Shown: positions 59,642-64,000 of the stretch, one piece after another
How the letters are laid out: the number at the start of each line of letters is the position of its first letter
Position numbering within the stretch: the first letter of the stretch is position 1
Origin: an uncultured delta proteobacterium
GTDB lineage: Bacteria; Myxococcota; Myxococcia; Myxococcales; Myxococcaceae
Length of the DNA: 64,000 nucleotides
NCBI GenBank assembly: GCA_963713045.1
Contig: CAVQKE010000003.1
Location: 928,001-992,000, forward strand
Reading direction: 5' to 3'
Program-made: the position numbers and the translations under genes
The notes under the pieces: model-generated
The model's input: the letters and a program-made list of their open reading frames with translations, nothing else
Database searches by the model: none
What the model was told of the DNA's origin: nothing

Positions 59642-61447
59642 ATGACAGACACTTTTCCCGCGTCCTCGTCGACGCCACCTCCCGAAGACGCCGAGGATGG
59701 TTCGCCAATCGACGGTCCCCAGGATTACGTCGCGGACATCGGCTTCGACGACCTCCCAATTTCACCCGAAGTTCGGCGAGCCCTCGCCGAGCGCGGATAC
59801 GCACGGCCGACCCCAGTTCAGGCCAAGGCCTTCGCCCCGGCTTTCGCCGGCCGAGACCTCATCGTCCGAAGCAAGACTGGCACCGGAAAGACGGCGGCAT
59901 TTGGCCTCCCGTTGCTCGAGCGCATCGACCCCAAGGACAAGGAAGTTCGGGCCTTGGTGCTCTGTCCGACGCGGGAGCTCGCGCTTCAAGTCGCAGCCGA
60001 GGTCGGAGACCTGGGGAAGTACCGGGGCATCAAGGTGGCGGCCATCTACGGCGGCGCTTCGATGAAGGCCCAGGAGGACGCGCTTGAGACCGGCGTTCAC
60101 ATCGTGGTGGGAACCCCAGGACGCGTCTACGACCACATTCGCCGCAAGAACTTGAAGCTCGAAGGTTGCCGGCACGTGGTGTTGGACGAAGCCGATGAGA
60201 TGTTGAACCAGGGCTTTTTCGAGGAGGTAACCCGCATTCTCGACTGCTTGCCTCAGGGAAGGCAGGTCCTGCTCTTCAGCGCCACGGTCCCCCCCGACAT
60301 CCAGCGACTGATCGCCAAGTACACCACCTCCCCCGAAGCGCTGCTCCTCTCCGGGGATGTTCTGACCGTCGACCACATCCACCACATCCGCTACGACGTC
60401 ACCGACGCCTACCCCAAGCCGCGCAACCTGGTCTACGTGCTGGAGATGGAGGAGCCGGACAATGCCATCATCTTCTGCAACACGCGCGACGACACGGCGT
60501 TGGTGACCGCGGTGTTGAACCGAACGGGGTTCGACGCCGAGCTCCTCAACGGCGACCTCCCCCAGTCCGAGCGGGAGCGGGTGATGGCCAAGGTGAAGCG
60601 GGGCGAGGTCGCCTTCATGGTTGCAACCGACATTGCCGCGCGGGGCATCGACATCTCCGACCTGCAGTACGTCATCAACTATTCGCTGCCCGAGGACCCG
60701 GCGGTGTATCTGCACCGCGTCGGTCGGACGGGCCGCATTGGAAAGAAGGGCGTCGCCATCAACCTCATCTCCGGCCGGGAACTGGGGACGCTTTCTGCGC
60801 TCGAGAAGAAGTACGGCATTGTCTTCGAAAAGCGCCAGATGCCCAGCCCGGAAGAGGCCCTCAAGCTGTGGACCGAGCGCCACGTGCGGGACATCAAGGA
60901 GGCCGCCGCCTCGAGCGTCTATGAGGGCTACCTCGCCCTGGCAGGCGCGCTCAAGGCCCGAACCGACGCCGATGACTTGATTGGCTTTCTTCTCAAGTCC
61001 TTCTTCCACCATCTGCGCGTCGACAAAGCGCAGGCCGTCTTGGCTGAAGAGCGCGCTGCCGGCCTCCCTCCCCGCGAGCCCAAGCGCGAGCGCGGTGAGC
61101 GCTCCGAGCGTGGGCCGAAGCCGTCTGCCGGTCGCCGCGAGCGGCCTCCCCGGCGTGACCGCCCCCCCGACACCGCTGCCGAGGCGCCTCGGCGCCCACG
61201 CGGCGAAGTCGCCGGACAGGTGCGCCTTTGGCTCAACCTCGGCTCGGCGGAGGGACTCGACGACGCCGGACTTCGCGCGGCGCTGGAAGCGTTGGGCGCC
61301 CCAATCGGGAAACTGGCCCGGGTCGAGCTCCGACCAACATACAGCTACGTCTTCGTCGCCGAGGGGGATGCGCCGGCCTTCGAGAAACTCGATGGCCAGA
61401 GCCATCAAGGGAAGACGTTGAAAATCGAGCGAGCGCGCCGCCGCTAG
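59642..61447 (+). CDS. DEAD-box RNA helicase with C-terminal DbpA-type RNA-binding domain
   Basis: Q motif, TGTGKT, PTRELA, DEAD, SAT, ARGID and HRVGRTGR, with an RRM-like C-terminus. Confidence 0.93.
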   Translation: MTDTFPASSSTPPPEDAEDGSPIDGPQDYVADIGFDDLPISPEVRRALAERGYARPTPVQAKAFAPAFAGRDLIVRSKTGTGKTAAFGLPLLERIDPKDKEVRALVLCPTRELALQVAAEVGDLGKYRGIKVAAIYGGASMKAQEDALETGVHIVVGTPGRVYDHIRRKNLKLEGCRHVVLDEADEMLNQGFFEEVTRILDCLPQGRQVLLFSATVPPDIQRLIAKYTTSPEALLLSGDVLTVDHIHHIRYDVTDAYPKPRNLVYVLEMEEPDNAIIFCNTRDDTALVTAVLNRTGFDAELLNGDLPQSERERVMAKVKRGEVAFMVATDIAARGIDISDLQYVINYSLPEDPAVYLHRVGRTGRIGKKGVAINLISGRELGTLSALEKKYGIVFEKRQMPSPEEALKLWTERHVRDIKEAAASSVYEGYLALAGALKARTDADDLIGFLLKSFFHHLRVDKAQAVLAEERAAGLPPREPKRERGERSERGPKPSAGRRERPPRRDRPPDTAAEAPRRPRGEVAGQVRLWLNLGSAEGLDDAGLRAALEALGAPIGKLARVELRPTYSYVFVAEGDAPAFEKLDGQSHQGKTLKIERARRR

Positions 61448-61450
61448 TCG

Positions 61451-62677
61451 ATGTCCCTCGCCGCCACCAACCACTACTTCCGGACCGCGGCCCGTCTGAT
61501 GGACCTCGGTGGCCACATCGAGACGCTGCTTTCCTCGCCGCTGCGCGAGATGAAAGTCCAGGTCAGCATCGAGATGGACGCCGGGGAAGTCCACACCTTC
61601 TCCGGTTGGCGCGTGCAGCACGACAACAGCCGCGGTCCGATGAAGGGGGGCTTGCGCTACCACGCCGGCGTCGACGGCGAGGAGATGGTCTCGCTCGCTT
61701 CGCTGATGACGTGGAAGACGGCAGTCATGAACCTGCCCTTTGGTGGCAGCAAGGGCGGCGTCGCCGTCGACCCGGCGCAGCTCAGCAGCAAGGAGCTGGA
61801 ACGGCTGACGCGCAAATATGTGGACCAGCTGGCGGACGTCCTCGGGCCTACCCGCGACGTGCTGGGACCGGACATCAACACCAATCCCCAGGTGATGGCC
61901 TGGGTGATGGACCAATACGGTAAGCACCACGGCCACGCCCCGGCGGTGGTCACCGGGAAGCCGCTCGAACTCGCAGGCTCGCGCGGACGGGAGGCCGCCA
62001 CCGGGCGGGGACTGCTCTACGTCGCGCGTGAAGTGCTGCGCGACTTGGCGCTTCCGCTGGAAGGGGCCCGGGTGGCGGTGCATGGTTTTGGAAATGTCGG
62101 CTCCCACGCCGCCCGCGCGCTCGCCGAGGGCGGGGCTCACCTGGTCGCGGTGTGCGACGTCTCGGGCGGGGTCCAAGAGGCGTCCGGACTGAATTTGCCC
62201 TCCCTCTTCGAGCATGTCCGGCGCTTCGGAGCCGTCCGGGGCTTCCCCGGGGGCAAGGCATGCACCACGGCCGAAGTCCTCACCGCCGACTGCGACGTCC
62301 TGGTGCCCGCTTCCCTGGGCGGCGTCCTCACCCGTGACATCGCGGCGGAGGTCCGAGCCCGGGTGGTCCTCGAAGCGGCCAACGGCCCGACCGAAGCGGA
62401 CGCCGACGCGCTGCTCGAGAAGCGCGGTGTGGTCGTCGTGCCGGACATTCTGGCCTCGGCGGGAGGCGTTACGGTGAGCTACTTCGAGTGGGTTCAGAAC
62501 CTTCAGCACCTCGCCTGGGATGAGGAACGCGTGAATGCTGAGCTGGAGCGCGCCATGAAGGACGCCTACGAGAGGGTGGCCCAAGTCTCGCGCAGCCGCC
62601 AGGTGCTGTTGCGGACCGCCGCCACCATTCTCGCGCTGGGCCGCGTCGGAAAAGCCACCGTGCTCCGCGGCATTTGA
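61451..62677 (+). CDS. gdhA: Glu/Leu/Phe/Val dehydrogenase (glutamate dehydrogenase)
   Basis: RGPMKGGLRY, MTWK, GGSKGG, GFGNVG, EAANGP and GGVTVSYFEWVQN. Confidence 0.92.
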   Translation: MSLAATNHYFRTAARLMDLGGHIETLLSSPLREMKVQVSIEMDAGEVHTFSGWRVQHDNSRGPMKGGLRYHAGVDGEEMVSLASLMTWKTAVMNLPFGGSKGGVAVDPAQLSSKELERLTRKYVDQLADVLGPTRDVLGPDINTNPQVMAWVMDQYGKHHGHAPAVVTGKPLELAGSRGREAATGRGLLYVAREVLRDLALPLEGARVAVHGFGNVGSHAARALAEGGAHLVAVCDVSGGVQEASGLNLPSLFEHVRRFGAVRGFPGGKACTTAEVLTADCDVLVPASLGGVLTRDIAAEVRARVVLEAANGPTEADADALLEKRGVVVVPDILASAGGVTVSYFEWVQNLQHLAWDEERVNAELERAMKDAYERVAQVSRSRQVLLRTAATILALGRVGKATVLRGI

Positions 62678-62707
62678 GCAAAAGCCGCTGCACCGGCCCC
62701 TTCGACG

Positions 62708-63382
62708 TTAGAGGGCCGCCGCCGGCCCTCGGGCGCAGGCCGCATGCAGCGCCCGGACGCCCGCCGCTGGGCCGCCGGCATGGGCAAAGATGCAGGTCCC
62801 AGCCACGAGGACATCCGCGCCGGCAGCAACCGCCAGCGGTCCAGTCGTCGCGTCGACGCCGCCGTCGACCTCAAGCTCGCAGCCGGGCGCACGTTCCTGG
62901 AGCAGGGCGCGGGCCCGCTGCAGCTTGGAGAGGACCGAGGTGATGAAGCGCTGTCCGCCGAAACCGGGGTTGACGGTCATCAGCAGCAAGAGGTCGAGCT
63001 CATCCACGATGTCCTCGATGGTGTTGAGAGGCGTCGCGGGATTGAGCCCCACTCCCACCGCCTTGCCGAGGGCCTGCACCTGCTGGACTGCTCGGTGCAG
63101 CTGTGGCGTTGCCTCCTGGTGAAGGATGAGCAAGTCGCCTCCAGCCTGGATGAAGGCTTCGGTGTACCTCTCGGGCCTCTCAATCATCAGGTGAATTTCC
63201 AACGGGAGGTTGGTCCCTCGCCGCATCGCCTCGACGATGGGAATCCCCAACGAGAAATTCGGGACGAACGCCCCGTCCATGACGTCGATGTGGAAGCGTT
63301 CGGCGCCGCCCCGTTCCGCGTCGGCGACCTGCTCGCCGAGCCGCCAGTAGTCGGCAGCCAAAATGGACGGGACAATTTTCAC
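62708..63382 (-). CDS. rpe: Ribulose-phosphate 3-epimerase
   Basis: PSILAAD, HIDVMDG.FVPN, HLMI, MTVNPGFGGQ and VDGG. Confidence 0.96.
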   Translation of the reverse strand: MKIVPSILAADYWRLGEQVADAERGGAERFHIDVMDGAFVPNFSLGIPIVEAMRRGTNLPLEIHLMIERPERYTEAFIQAGGDLLILHQEATPQLHRAVQQVQALGKAVGVGLNPATPLNTIEDIVDELDLLLLMTVNPGFGGQRFITSVLSKLQRARALLQERAPGCELEVDGGVDATTGPLAVAAGADVLVAGTCIFAHAGGPAAGVRALHAACARGPAAAL

Positions 63383-63999
63383 CTCTGGAGCCCCTGGAGG
63401 GCGACCCGCGCGGCGCCGCGCATCCCGACCCGGTCATCGAGCACCACCCGCACCGGCACCTGCTCCATCGCGCGGCTGAACCGCCCTTTGTCGACGAAGG
63501 CGGTGCGAAACAGCCGCGGGTCCTGCAGCCGAGCCAGCAACTTGGGAGCGACACCGCCGCCGAGATAGACGCCACCCATGGCCAAGAAGACCAGTGCCAC
63601 ATTGCCCGCCACCGCGCCGTACACCGAGGCAAACAGGTCGAGGGCTTGAGAGCACAACGAGCTCGACTGGTCCAACCCGCACTGAGAAATGACTTTGGCC
63701 CGGTCCTCCTCGGCCAATCGCTCGCCGAGCCAGGCCGGCTCCTCTCCCCGGCCGCTGTCTCGAAGGAAGTCGTAGACGTTGCTCAACCCAGCTCCAGAGA
63801 GAATCCGCTCGTTGCTCACCCGGCCGAAGCGCTTCGACAGATGGAGCATCAGCTCGCTTTCGAGCGCGTTTCGCGGCGCGAAGTCGGTGTGCCCGGCCTC
63901 GGTCGCGAACGGCCGATGGCGCTGACCGTCCCAAATGAGGCCAGCGACGCCGAGGCCGGTTCCGGCTGCGACCACGGCGCGGTTTCCCTCGCTGTCGAC
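63379..63999 (-). CDS. glk: Glucokinase, 3' part (runs off the window edge)
   Basis: AAGTGLGVA, TEAGH.DFAP, ERILSG.GL, GGVYLGGG.APK and F.DKGR. Confidence 0.92.
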   Translation of the reverse strand, partial: VDSEGNRAVVAAGTGLGVAGLIWDGQRHRPFATEAGHTDFAPRNALESELMLHLSKRFGRVSNERILSGAGLSNVYDFLRDSGRGEEPAWLGERLAEEDRAKVISQCGLDQSSSLCSQALDLFASVYGAVAGNVALVFLAMGGVYLGGGVAPKLLARLQDPRLFRTAFVDKGRFSRAMEQVPVRVVLDDRVGMRGAARVALQGLQR

Positions 64000-64000
64000 A

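Noticed and set aside
59762..62584. 940-aa minus-strand ORF
   Set aside because: Antisense shadow of the DEAD-box helicase and gdhA caused by high GC3 codon bias; no recognisable motifs.

Overview
High-GC, densely coding bacterial DNA. Gene content and order point to a myxobacterium (Myxococcota, Myxococcus/Anaeromyxobacter-like): the aib-mvaS operon, prkA-yeaH-spoVR, an ArsA pair-TPR-ruvX-mltG run and a sigma-32-type factor. I call about 56 CDS and found no rRNA, tRNA, CRISPR array, integrase or transposase. Left to right the window holds: the end of a probable S41 protease gene, GDPD, tatA and a zinc-ribbon membrane protein; a PhaR-like/ParA/phasin-like/BagAB-type ATPase cluster; ruvX-mltG; an envelope-modification trio (acyltransferase-3, YfhO, GT39); prkA-yeaH-spoVR; HTTM, DUF190, MFS, M23 and glgP; the alternative isovaleryl-CoA operon aibR-aibA-aibB-aibC-mvaS with a doubled palindromic operator; a formate dehydrogenase operon whose alpha subunit the ORF track splits at an in-frame TGA followed by a SECIS hairpin (a selenoprotein); mrp; a class II aldolase with mtnA; an M23 lipoprotein; dnaE back-to-back with an orphan N6-adenine methyltransferase; sodC; a small Zn-ribbon gene; a DUF4159-vWA-peptidase operon; a sigma-32-family factor with a fresh N-terminal tandem duplication; a DEAD-box helicase; gdhA; rpe; and glk. 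The best candidates for undescribed biology are (1) the 124-aa Zn-ribbon protein, which has a near-consensus myxobacterial LexA box upstream and two beta-clamp-binding-like motifs, (2) the PhaR/ParA/phasin/Get3-like module, and (3) the orphan methyltransferase sharing an intergenic region with dnaE. All calls come from reading motifs by eye; no database searches were run.
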